IMG/VR virus record: IMGVR_UViG_3300033463_000042
Coordinates: 50,309 to 114,308 of that record
Origin: a virus
Taxonomy: Duplodnaviria > Caudoviricetes
Length of the DNA stretch: 64,000 bases
Reading direction: 5' to 3' (one strand)
In this document: positions 39,192-48,498 of the stretch, piece by piece
Position numbering within the stretch: the first letter of the stretch is position 1
How the letters are laid out: each line of letters starts with the position of its first letter
Program-made: the position numbers and the translations under genes
The notes under the pieces: generated by a model
What the model saw: only the letters and a program-made list of their open reading frames with translations
What the model was told of the DNA's origin: nothing
Databases searched by the model: none

Positions 39192-39886
39192 TACTTACCT
39201 CCCATTTCTCGCATAACCACATTTGCAATGAATGCAAATAATTCTAAGTTGGACATCTTATAGTCTCCTAAACGACCGAATGCCAGATAATAATAATCCG
39301 GCAATTTATCCTGAAGATAATTCTTTTGGAATTTAGTTATATAATCAATGATGGATTGATCATAATTCTCCAACTTGTTGAATACTTCACAAAGATATCT
39401 ATGGATGCCCATTGAATGTTGATTTAGCAATTCCTTCGCAACACCTTTGTATTCCAGTACCTCGCCATCATAGAACATTTCAATTCCTTTGAATCTCATA
39501 TATGATGACCAAGTGTTTGCATGCTTGAACTCAACACCTTCAATATTATTAATAATCTTCTTTCTTGAATTGAATATACAAGCATCTGAATGTAAACATA
39601 TCACATCACTCTCAGTAAGATTATTCATCTCCAAGAATTTTCTACGTGTTTCGAGTTCACATTGTATTAGACGCTCTGAGTATTCCTTGTTGTCTCTTTG
39701 CATTAAACCCACTGCCTTGGTTCTTTGATCCTTGGGCATTCTCTTTAATTTATCAATGATCGATTGCTCAAGTAAATGATATTTTTCAGATATGGAAACG
39801 GACATTGCTTTCATATCATATTCCACTATATTTGCATGAAACATGAATTGTATATTTGGATTAAACCACAATAACTTTTCATTCAT
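39191..39886 (-). CDS. Minimal family-B-like DNA polymerase palm-domain protein (231 aa)
   Basis: Motif-A-like IVEYDMKAMSVS, helical finger with K, motif-C-like VICLHSDACIF, downstream YKG. Confidence 0.5.
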   Translation of the reverse strand: MNEKLLWFNPNIQFMFHANIVEYDMKAMSVSISEKYHLLEQSIIDKLKRMPKDQRTKAVGLMQRDNKEYSERLIQCELETRRKFLEMNNLTESDVICLHSDACIFNSRKKIINNIEGVEFKHANTWSSYMRFKGIEMFYDGEVLEYKGVAKELLNQHSMGIHRYLCEVFNKLENYDQSIIDYITKFQKNYLQDKLPDYYYLAFGRLGDYKMSNLELFAFIANVVMREMGGK

Positions 39887-39922
39887 ATTTACACCAACCT
39901 TTTCAATAATTTAAGTATACAA

Positions 39923-39997
39923 TTGTCATATACAAATAAATGATATATGTATGAAATTATAAAATTACATGTATGATTTATTTGTATAATGATACAA
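39923..39997. repeat. Long imperfect inverted repeat in a divergent intergenic region (mirror-image promoters)
   Basis: tatacaaataaat (39929-39941) / atttatttgtata (39976-39988) perfect 13-bp arms plus atatatgta/tacatgtat. Confidence 0.75.
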
Positions 39998-40027
39998 ATA
40001 AAAATTTACATAAAGGAGCATACAAAA

Positions 40028-41836
40028 ATGGATGAAGTAAATAAGTCTAATGACCCGTTGATGGATTTAATCAACAAGCATAAGGCTGCTATGGGCGAAA
40101 CCGATACTCCATCTGAACCTGTTGTGACAAATTCTACACCCCAGATACCCGACGATGATATCTATGGTGAGAATGATCAGCAGAAGGAGATTGAAGCAGA
40201 GGATGCTGCTCGTGAAGCTGCACGTGCTGCTGCAGCTGCTGAACAGAAAGCTATAGCAGACGCTGCTAAGGAGAAGACAAATGTTTTCATGCCACCCGAT
40301 GAGAAGGACATGAAGTATCATGAAGAGGCTGTTGGCTTCCAGACTGAGAAGCTTTCGATAGTAACAACAATGATCAACAAGGTTGTTGCTAAGTACAGAC
40401 TCATCTCTGGTGGTATTCCAACAGAAATGGCTAAGGATAACACAGGTAGAGTTATTCTTGATCAGATAGCTGTTAAGGGAGAGCTCTGTGAATTGTATGA
40501 GCAGAATGGTGAGGTTATAACTCCTGAGTTCGAGAACATAATTCTTGAGAACTGGATTATGCCTGATGGTACACTTGCTGCTGATAACATTCAGAATGGT
40601 GTTGTAATTGATTCAACTCTTCAGCCTCAGGTTCCTGGTGTTGACAATGCGGGTATAAAGCCTACAAATGAACCTGATGAAGAAGAGAAGAAGGAAGAAC
40701 CTGTTCCTACAATCAATATCACTGTTGAGAAGAATACTCCTGTAACAGTAAATGTTGATGAATCAGTTACTGCAAACATGTCATCTTCACGTGTTGTTGA
40801 TATTCTTGTTAAGGAAGTTTCTGAGAAGGAACTCAAGATGGCTAACATCATTGAGAATAGTAACATCAAGGGCATCATATCTAAATATGATTCAGGTATC
40901 AATGATGTACCGTTAACGCTCCCTCTCTCAGGATATCGTTGTGTAATGAGATCTATCAACTGGTGGGATTTCATAAAGCTTACCGCTCCTTCTTCAAACA
41001 GCCCTGTTGATAATGAGCTGAAGAAGTGGTCTGTACTTTATGATCACATGAAGAATGTATCCATCGGTGAATTCGAAGATCTTGAGGACTTCATGAAGAA
41101 GACTAAGTACCAGGATCGTGAATTGCTCATGTGGGGTCTTCTCGTTGCTACTGCTGATGATGAAGAGCTTCTTGAATTCAAATGTCAGAATCCTAAGTGT
41201 GGTAAGAACATCCGCATCAAGTATCGTCCTCGTAACATTCAGCATGTTGAGGAAGATAAGATACCTAAGTGGTGGACAGCTGCACATAATGCTGCACCCG
41301 GCATAGATGCAGTTAAGGTATGGGAAGAAGCTTCTGGTCTCAGAAAGCGTTATCAGCTTCCTAACACTGGTATCATTGTTGAAATCAATGAACCATCTGC
41401 ATATGACTTCGTAACAAACAAGCTTCCTCTTATTGAGGAACTTCTCAAGAGATATCGTCCTGATGGTAATATGGCATCAATCGATCCTAATGATCCTACA
41501 ATGGCTGAATTCGATTATCTCTCAGCTAATGCACTCTTTGTATCTGCAATGACAATCGTTCGTGATGACAAGGAGTATAGATTCACAGACTGGAGTTCAA
41601 TTGAGGAGATTATCACAACCGGTCTTAATGCTGAAGATTCAGGTATTCTTCTCAAGATCATTGATAAGGCTAGAAACAATGTTTCACCTATTACATTCCG
41701 CGTTAACGATATCACTTGCTCTGCATGTAAACAGCACTACGATTACATGCCTATACCTGATATCGGAGGAACACTGCTTTTCCAAGTATCTCAAAGGCTC
41801 AGCAATACTCAGATAAACTTAACCGAGATGGATTAG
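40028..41836 (+). CDS. T4 gp26-like baseplate hub/tail assembly chaperone with long acidic N-terminal extension
   Basis: LPLSGY, D..LLMWGL, CQNPKC and CSAC Zn motifs; RBS AAGGAG. Confidence 0.55.
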   Translation: MDEVNKSNDPLMDLINKHKAAMGETDTPSEPVVTNSTPQIPDDDIYGENDQQKEIEAEDAAREAARAAAAAEQKAIADAAKEKTNVFMPPDEKDMKYHEEAVGFQTEKLSIVTTMINKVVAKYRLISGGIPTEMAKDNTGRVILDQIAVKGELCELYEQNGEVITPEFENIILENWIMPDGTLAADNIQNGVVIDSTLQPQVPGVDNAGIKPTNEPDEEEKKEEPVPTINITVEKNTPVTVNVDESVTANMSSSRVVDILVKEVSEKELKMANIIENSNIKGIISKYDSGINDVPLTLPLSGYRCVMRSINWWDFIKLTAPSSNSPVDNELKKWSVLYDHMKNVSIGEFEDLEDFMKKTKYQDRELLMWGLLVATADDEELLEFKCQNPKCGKNIRIKYRPRNIQHVEEDKIPKWWTAAHNAAPGIDAVKVWEEASGLRKRYQLPNTGIIVEINEPSAYDFVTNKLPLIEELLKRYRPDGNMASIDPNDPTMAEFDYLSANALFVSAMTIVRDDKEYRFTDWSSIEEIITTGLNAEDSGILLKIIDKARNNVSPITFRVNDITCSACKQHYDYMPIPDIGGTLLFQVSQRLSNTQINLTEMD

Positions 41837-41847
41837 AGCTTATCGAA

Positions 41848-42099
41848 ATGGGATTGATCTTCAACAAGATAATCCCCATGGATATGCTGGCACAACTGCC
41901 GCGTCCATTTGTGCATCGCCTGCGAGATATCCGAATCAAACAGCTCGAAGAGCAAAATAGAGAACAAGAGAGAATCATGAAGCAACAGGAACAGGCGCGT
42001 GTTACCCAACAGGCTAATGCGCGTCAATCGTTCCCACAGCCTCAACAATTTTCAGGTGCTGGCGCGTCGCTTGAAGACTTTATAGACGAACTTACCTAA
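41848..42099 (+). CDS. Small tail assembly chaperone-like protein (possible frameshift extension of the upstream gene)
   Basis: Position after the gp26-like gene; Gln-rich coiled coil; weak RBS. Confidence 0.45.
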   Translation: MGLIFNKIIPMDMLAQLPRPFVHRLRDIRIKQLEEQNREQERIMKQQEQARVTQQANARQSFPQPQQFSGAGASLEDFIDELT

Positions 42100-42122
42100 T
42101 ACAGAAAATGAGGTGAGTTTTT

Positions 42123-42263
42123 ATGGATCAACAGCCGAGTGTTTATTATGATCAATTAAATGACTATATTGCGTATAACATACAATCCTACGGTATGGAA
42201 TATACCGCTGACAATTACATTTCATTGCGAGAACAATACTACGGAATGAAATATCCATCTTAG
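42123..42263 (+). CDS. 46-aa Tyr-rich protein not in the ORF track (MDQQPSVYYDQLNDY...)
   Basis: RBS GAGGTG; exactly fills the gap; stop abuts the next RBS. Confidence 0.65.
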   Translation: MDQQPSVYYDQLNDYIAYNIQSYGMEYTADNYISLREQYYGMKYPS

Positions 42264-42276
42264 AGGAGGTTAAACA

Positions 42277-43125
42277 ATGATAACAATCCCTTCAGTAATA
42301 AAGACCAAAAGTACTGGTGAAGAGGGCTTAACCTTAAAAGAACTCGCTCAGCGTTTTAAAGTTCATGAAGCAAATATTGCTGCATGTAACATTTACTTTC
42401 AGACAATAAGAATGCTGAACAACACACATACAAATGTTGACAGAGACACTTTCCAGAACTGTTTCAGAGATGCATTGAGTGACATTGATCTGGAGACACC
42501 TCCAACAGATGCATTCATTCCTGATGCTGAAGATAAGGAACATCTCTTCAGAGTAAATCGTCTTGCTGCTGAATATATAAAGATAACTGAACGTTTACCT
42601 ATATCTTTACTCGAAGAAGCTTTTGGTCCTGCTAATGCATTGGTTATCCTGTGTAAGCATGATCCTAAGGAACTCGAGAAAACATACGACGACATCTTCA
42701 CATATTTCTGTCTGTTCAAGTATATTGACACAATCGAAATATTGAGACTCAACATGTTCTCCAATTTCACTCCAATGATAGAGTGGATTGTTGAGAATAT
42801 CACATTGAAAGATTGGCAGAGCTATCTAATAACAAACAAACCCAACCCAGAGAAATATGCTGCTAAATGTGAAGATATATTATTCAATCCTGATGTGGCT
42901 GCAACATTCAAGTTCTATTCAAACAATGAAGATCCTGATATTCCAAAATTCGATGTATGTAATCTTATGATGAGAATCGTAACCAACATGGTTAAGAAAG
43001 ATGACATATACCTTGTACTTGGAGTTTACCTGTTAATAGCTTTCGCTATGGGTGATTTCAATAACAAGAAGGCCGAGGATTCTCCTTGTGGAAAATACGT
43101 AAGAGAAGTTTTATCGAAATTATAA
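42277..43125 (+). CDS. Hypothetical protein (282 aa)
   Basis: RBS AGGAGGT. Confidence 0.7.
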   Translation: MITIPSVIKTKSTGEEGLTLKELAQRFKVHEANIAACNIYFQTIRMLNNTHTNVDRDTFQNCFRDALSDIDLETPPTDAFIPDAEDKEHLFRVNRLAAEYIKITERLPISLLEEAFGPANALVILCKHDPKELEKTYDDIFTYFCLFKYIDTIEILRLNMFSNFTPMIEWIVENITLKDWQSYLITNKPNPEKYAAKCEDILFNPDVAATFKFYSNNEDPDIPKFDVCNLMMRIVTNMVKKDDIYLVLGVYLLIAFAMGDFNNKKAEDSPCGKYVREVLSKL

Positions 43126-43137
43126 ACATATATAATT
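43126..43137 (+). promoter_or_regulatory. Putative early/middle promoter ACATATATAATT
   Basis: Same variant as 62479-62490. Confidence 0.55.
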
Positions 43138-43191
43138 CCAACGATAGGAGACATCTTATCAAAAATCTATGTCAGGAGTGTGAATTGTCGT

Positions 43192-45441
43192 ATGGAAAAG
43201 AAAGAGATTAAACCCAGAACACGTCATCGTGGTACTATGAACAATGCTTCAGAGATCGAAAAGCGTTGTAGAGAAATAGACCCGATGGCGTGCTTTGGTC
43301 CTTCAGCACTTGTATTTCCGGATAAAATATCGACTGTTCGTGGTGTAATGGGTACACGTCATACATCACAAAGAGTCGTACTGACTAACCCGGAATTCCC
43401 CAGGATATTTACTGGTGCGGAAAACGAGTTTGGTGAAAGATCTTCAGCTAACATAAAGGCTAAAGATGACTACGAGCTTGTTAGAACATTTAAGAAGTTC
43501 AAAGATTCTGATGTATCACCTATTGCTTACATCTTCAGGAATCTTAGAACCGGTAAATATATCTGCGAAGTCATAAGACCAGCACATCACCTTGTTGAGA
43601 AGTATGGATTCAGAATGAAGAACTCTGTCGTTGGTAAATACAGTGATGGAGATATACTTCCTAAAGGTACAACCATTGCACAGTCCTCATCATATGTAAA
43701 TGATAATTACTGTGCTGGCAGAAACTTGCGATTTGTCTACACAGTACTTCCTCAACTGACAGAGGATGCGCTTGTAATATCAGATAGAGCAGCAGAGATG
43801 CTGACATATGATATGGTAGACATTGTGACTGTAAACATCAAACAGTCATCATATCTCTTAAATAGATATGGCGATGAGAATCTGTATAAACCTTTCCCTA
43901 ACATAGGAGAAGAAATACAGAATGACATCATTTGTTCAATAAGAGAAAATTCTTATCTGTCGTCTGCTTCAGAATCGTTAATACCCCATATCAATGATAC
44001 TAACTACTGTTCACACGGTATAATAGTAGATATGGATATATATTCAAACGTCGATGTTGACAATCAGCAGTATAACTACTATCTGTCTCAGATAAGAGAT
44101 TGGTATTCTGATATATATGCATTCATATCGACAATCGTTTCTGATCCGTATCAAGATGATACATCGTTGCTTGATATATACCATCAAGCAGAAAAGTATT
44201 TGAATACTTCAAAATGGGTAACCAAGGAAGATATTGTGGATACTGTCATCAAGTTCACCGTCCTTCAGCCTAAAGACATTCATGTCGGCCAGAAGGTTGT
44301 TGGTCGTTATGGTAACAAGTCTGTTATCGCACAGATCGTACCATGGCAGCTTATGCCTAGAACTACTGATGGTAGACCACTCGATATGTTGGCAAATGCT
44401 TTTGCTGTTCCTAACAGAATCATTGCGTTTGCTACATACGAATCATCTATGACTTTCCAAATGGAAAGAATGTGGGAACATATCCTCAAACTTGATAGCG
44501 AAGGAACTTCTCATGATACTATCATGAATCTCGCAATTGAGTTCGTTACAACTTACAATCCTCAACAGGGTCAAGAGTTGGCACGAATCTACAATATGGA
44601 TCCTGACAGAACTTATAGAGACCTTATTAAGAATGGATTCTATATTCAGATTCAACCTCTGAATGAAAAGTGTGTTCGTGATTCTATCATTGAGGCGTAT
44701 GAGAAGTGGCCTGACATTATGAAGTACCATGAGCTTGAAGTAAAGCTGAGACATAGATGGGTTAAACTCGATAAACCCCAGCCTGTTGGATATCAGTATA
44801 CCTGGGTCTTAAAACAGGAACCCTCGAAGGCTATGTCGGCTGTTGCTACTGGACGTACAACACTTTATGATCAGCCTGTAAAGACAAGAAGGTATAATAA
44901 GAATCTTATTCCTCATTCTGATAACCCTATCAAATATGGAGAATATGATACTTACAACTTCCTTGCAGGTATGGGTGTAAAGATATTTGCGAAGATATCT
45001 ACATACTACAGAGGTTCTCAGTATGAGGACAACTCAGTTCTTATGAGTCAGCTCAATGGTATAGGAATCGATACTTCGAAATATAATCAATTCCCACAAT
45101 TAGATAATCTGAAAAACATTCTGAAATTAATGGGTACGCGTCTTAATTCAGACATACACTGGTTCAATACCATCGGTAATGTAGACGAATTGCATAGTGT
45201 CAAGATCGGTAATAACGATGTAGACATATCAATACCAGATCTGCATTACGTGCTCATCATGGAGTCGTATTTATTACAATACACATCATACATGAATGGC
45301 ACTGTAGATATGGGTGAGTTCTTCAATCAGATGGCACAAACAAACGTATTCAATGGTCTGAGTAAAGAGTACATCGATTATATCTTCAGAAAGTTTTCAT
45401 CACTGTTGCCGATTCTTCAGCAGCGTAAGCAGTATAATTAA
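43192..45441 (+). CDS. Phage multisubunit RNA polymerase beta subunit, C-terminal half (probably non-virion RNAP)
   Basis: RGVMGTRHTSQ, GRNL..EDALVIS, GQKVVGRYGNKSVI, DGRPLDMLAN..VPNR, VGYQY, KYGEYD match rpoB regions. Confidence 0.92.
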   Translation: MEKKEIKPRTRHRGTMNNASEIEKRCREIDPMACFGPSALVFPDKISTVRGVMGTRHTSQRVVLTNPEFPRIFTGAENEFGERSSANIKAKDDYELVRTFKKFKDSDVSPIAYIFRNLRTGKYICEVIRPAHHLVEKYGFRMKNSVVGKYSDGDILPKGTTIAQSSSYVNDNYCAGRNLRFVYTVLPQLTEDALVISDRAAEMLTYDMVDIVTVNIKQSSYLLNRYGDENLYKPFPNIGEEIQNDIICSIRENSYLSSASESLIPHINDTNYCSHGIIVDMDIYSNVDVDNQQYNYYLSQIRDWYSDIYAFISTIVSDPYQDDTSLLDIYHQAEKYLNTSKWVTKEDIVDTVIKFTVLQPKDIHVGQKVVGRYGNKSVIAQIVPWQLMPRTTDGRPLDMLANAFAVPNRIIAFATYESSMTFQMERMWEHILKLDSEGTSHDTIMNLAIEFVTTYNPQQGQELARIYNMDPDRTYRDLIKNGFYIQIQPLNEKCVRDSIIEAYEKWPDIMKYHELEVKLRHRWVKLDKPQPVGYQYTWVLKQEPSKAMSAVATGRTTLYDQPVKTRRYNKNLIPHSDNPIKYGEYDTYNFLAGMGVKIFAKISTYYRGSQYEDNSVLMSQLNGIGIDTSKYNQFPQLDNLKNILKLMGTRLNSDIHWFNTIGNVDELHSVKIGNNDVDISIPDLHYVLIMESYLLQYTSYMNGTVDMGEFFNQMAQTNVFNGLSKEYIDYIFRKFSSLLPILQQRKQYN

Positions 45442-45451
45442 TATACATGAA

Positions 45452-45484
45452 AATTATATGGGGGCTATATGCCCCCATATAATT
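45452..45484 (+). terminator. Intrinsic terminator
   Basis: aattatatgggggc-tatat-gcccccatataatt then T-rich. Confidence 0.85.
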
Positions 45485-45504
45485 ATTTCTTTTTTATTCT
45501 TTTA

Positions 45505-45517
45505 AACCCCCTGGTAA
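45505..45517 (+). promoter_or_regulatory. Putative late promoter AAC-N7-TAA
   Basis: AACCCCCTGGTAA upstream of terminase. Confidence 0.55.
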
Positions 45518-45545
45518 CCATAACACATTGAAAGGGGGATTTCAC

Positions 45546-47741
45546 ATGGATAATACTACCAGTACAGTTGCCCAGCCTCAGCAGCAATCAAAAGTTATCA
45601 TATTGAATGATGCTGACGGTAATCCAAAGTGGTATGACTTTGGAACTAAAAACGAATCTTTTTTGTTGACATGCAAAGAATTAAAAGAACTGGGAATAAA
45701 ATGTTGGTATTTTCCATTGGAGATAAAGTATCCTAATCTGGGTGTACAAAATATAGATCCATATGATCCTAATATTACACCAGAAGACATAGGAAAGGTT
45801 TTGGTTGAATGTAAGAATAATCCTTGGTACTTCTTCAGAGAAGTAACACGTGTGCCTGTACGTGGTGCTGGTCTGACTCAGTTATATTTACATAGAGCTG
45901 GATGCGCATCAATCTGGTCTTTTTTACATAATATAGACTTTGAATTGGTACAGCCTCGTCAGACATATAAGACTACAGTACTTACTGCGATAATGTCATA
46001 TATGATGTTATTCGAATACCGAAATTGTGATATACCTTATCTTCATAAAAAAGAAAGCCGATGTACAGATAACATCGGTATCCTACGTGATTATATCACA
46101 TCATTACCTAAGTATTTAAATCCTTGGGCAAACCAGAAACATCTTCCTGGTTTACAGTCATTGAAATACGAGGGTAAACATAACGTATCTATCAAACCTC
46201 TTGCAGCACCTAAATCTGAAAGTGTTGCTACTGACGTTACCCGTGGTTTCTCGCTGTTTACTTGGTTTGCTGATGAGTGTGAGTTCATACCATATATGAA
46301 AGCAATCATCGATGGTGCGAACCCGACAATCGTTCAGGCTAGAGAAACTGCAGAAAAGAATGGTATTCATCATTGTATGATGTATGCTTCTACTCCTGGT
46401 GACTTGGAAACAAATGAGGGTAAGGAATGGGAAAAGATTCTCAATAACTTACCACGTTTCAAGGAAGACATGTATGATCTATCAACAGCGGAACTTAATA
46501 GAATGAAACGTCCTCCTGCTGGATCAATGGAACCACCGCTCACTATGATCTATATTGAATTCAACCATGTTCAATTAAGAAAAGATGGTGAATGGTTACG
46601 TCAACAATACTTCGAAGCTGTTCAGAAAAGTACTCTCGGTGAGTATCGTCGAGGTGTTCTGCTCCAAAGATTCCGTGGCGGTGAAGGATCATTCTTCAAA
46701 CAGGAAGATTTGGATTACATCCAGAGCAAGATGCGTGAACCAGATTATGATGTATGCTTGATGAAGAAGTATCATCTGTATGTTTATAAACATAATATTC
46801 AGGTTCCTGATTTGAACTCTCAAGCACCTTACTTTGATATGATCATTCCATATCTGATAGGTATCGACTGTGCTACTGGTAAGGATGGAGATAATACTGC
46901 AATATGTATTGTTCATCCTTATACATTGGAAGTTGTTGCTGAACTTGTTTCACCATACATGGGTGGATTGGATCTGATGAGAATCGTTACTATCTTGGCG
47001 AAGATGTTACCAAAGGCATTGTTCTGTCTTGAGTCTAATATGACTGGTGTTGACATTATTGACTTCGTACAAGAGTCTCAATTGGAGAACAGATTCTATC
47101 ATGATCCTCGTGCTACTGAGATGACTAAGAATGTTACTGAACCTAACAATGCTGTTGCATCAATGAAAGCTCGTGCTCGTGCCAAGAGACATTTTGGTAC
47201 TTATGTATCACCTAAGGTTAGAAAGACGATGTTCAATGTTCTTCGTGATACATTACATGACTACAGACATCTCATCTATACTAAGTTCCTCGTTAAGGAT
47301 ATATGTAACTTGGTTGAACAAAAGAACGGTAACATGGCTGCTGCAGCTGGTGAACATGATGATATGGTAATGGCATATCTACATACGTTGTATGTACTGA
47401 AGTACGGTTATGAACTTGGTAGATTTGGTATTGATAAGAGCCGTTGTACATATGAGAAAGCAACAGAGATCATGCAACAGTACAATCAAGCATTGTTAGA
47501 AGATCTCGTTGATAATGCTCCTTCTGCAGAAATGATTGCTGCTGGATCTCATGAAGCACAAATGTACTATGACATGATGGGTGCATCATCTAGCTTTGTT
47601 GATGAAAATGGTTATGATGAATATGGTCATAAACATGATGAATATAAAGCATATGGAGATCTGCAAAACCGTCAAGAAGTTTTACAATCAACACCTCAGT
47701 CATTAGCATTCTTCCGTGAGATAAATAAATTCTCAATATAA
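45546..47741 (+). CDS. terL: Terminase large subunit (start MDNTTS)
   Basis: PRQTYKTT Walker A variant, WFADE Walker B, ASTPG motif III, IGIDCATG and HDDMVMA nuclease motifs. Confidence 0.9.
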   Translation: MDNTTSTVAQPQQQSKVIILNDADGNPKWYDFGTKNESFLLTCKELKELGIKCWYFPLEIKYPNLGVQNIDPYDPNITPEDIGKVLVECKNNPWYFFREVTRVPVRGAGLTQLYLHRAGCASIWSFLHNIDFELVQPRQTYKTTVLTAIMSYMMLFEYRNCDIPYLHKKESRCTDNIGILRDYITSLPKYLNPWANQKHLPGLQSLKYEGKHNVSIKPLAAPKSESVATDVTRGFSLFTWFADECEFIPYMKAIIDGANPTIVQARETAEKNGIHHCMMYASTPGDLETNEGKEWEKILNNLPRFKEDMYDLSTAELNRMKRPPAGSMEPPLTMIYIEFNHVQLRKDGEWLRQQYFEAVQKSTLGEYRRGVLLQRFRGGEGSFFKQEDLDYIQSKMREPDYDVCLMKKYHLYVYKHNIQVPDLNSQAPYFDMIIPYLIGIDCATGKDGDNTAICIVHPYTLEVVAELVSPYMGGLDLMRIVTILAKMLPKALFCLESNMTGVDIIDFVQESQLENRFYHDPRATEMTKNVTEPNNAVASMKARARAKRHFGTYVSPKVRKTMFNVLRDTLHDYRHLIYTKFLVKDICNLVEQKNGNMAAAAGEHDDMVMAYLHTLYVLKYGYELGRFGIDKSRCTYEKATEIMQQYNQALLEDLVDNAPSAEMIAAGSHEAQMYYDMMGASSSFVDENGYDEYGHKHDEYKAYGDLQNRQEVLQSTPQSLAFFREINKFSI

Positions 47742-47754
47742 GAAAAAAAAAATA

Positions 47755-47774
47755 AGCCCCCGGTTACGGGGGCT
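47755..47774. terminator. Bidirectional terminator
   Basis: agcccccg-gtta-cgggggct between convergent genes. Confidence 0.8.
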
Positions 47775-47784
47775 AGGGGGTGAG

Positions 47785-48009
47785 TTAGATCCTCTTGTCG
47801 GGATCAAACGATGTGGACGCCATTATCTTTCTATCAACGGCCTCGAAAGGCTCGTTTACATAGATGCATGACTGTGTTCCAAATCCGATGTAGGTGTATT
47901 CGTCTGATGGGTATGCCCTGTTTGCTGAGGGCTTGTACGCTGCGATTTTCTCTACGTCAATTTTAACTATTCCGTCGGGGCTTTCTTTAAACTCTACAAA
48001 CTTTGCCAT
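47785..48009 (-). CDS. Small FlbD/SwrD-like fold protein (start MAKFVE)
   Basis: F.E....G...I..EKI...TYI.FG....IYVNE.FE.V..KI pattern; RBS AAGGAG. Confidence 0.5.
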   Translation of the reverse strand: MAKFVEFKESPDGIVKIDVEKIAAYKPSANRAYPSDEYTYIGFGTQSCIYVNEPFEAVDRKIMASTSFDPDKRI

Positions 48010-48054
48010 ATTATGGCTCCTTTCTCCGGACATTGCCGGTGTCAATGGATGGGT

Positions 48055-48450
48055 TTATTTATTAACAACCTTTTTGGCAACAAGCAATGTTGACATTAAA
48101 GGTGATATGTCAATGCCTGCAGCCTTTAGGTCATCTACTGATATATTGGTCCCGTTGAAGAGACCGCGATTTGATCCTTCTGTAAGGATATTACTGATCT
48201 CATTTTCAAGTCGCTCAACCTGATTATAGCTATACAGCTTCGTCACATCAAAGATGATATGAAGCTCAAACACAGGGGCGAGACAACGAGCAGCATACAA
48301 ATTTGTGAGGTAATCCTCGCTTGATGCTGCCTTAATCTTGAGATCATTGGTTAGTACTTCCAACCTGTTTAGTATTTCTGTGTAGAAGTTTGACGGTGTT
48401 TCTTCAACATCAAACACTCTACAAAGAATATTTACTAACATTTTATTCAT
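48055..48450 (-). CDS. Hypothetical protein (start MNKML)
   Basis: RBS GGAGGAGGT. Confidence 0.7.
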   Translation of the reverse strand: MNKMLVNILCRVFDVEETPSNFYTEILNRLEVLTNDLKIKAASSEDYLTNLYAARCLAPVFELHIIFDVTKLYSYNQVERLENEISNILTEGSNRGLFNGTNISVDDLKAAGIDISPLMSTLLVAKKVVNK

Positions 48451-48471
48451 ATTTACCTCCTCCAAGGGAAA

Positions 48472-48491
48472 GCCGGGGTTTTATCCCCGGC
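48472..48491 (-). terminator. Hairpin/terminator between accessory genes
   Basis: gccgggg-ttttat-ccccggc. Confidence 0.6.
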
Positions 48492-48498
48492 ATATTGT

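Noticed and set aside
23991-45441. Bacterial chromosome rpoB/rpoC/gyrB/ftsZ locus or RNAP pseudogenes
   Set aside because: Subunits are highly divergent, split at jumbo-phage-type boundaries, and interspersed with terminase, sheath and portal
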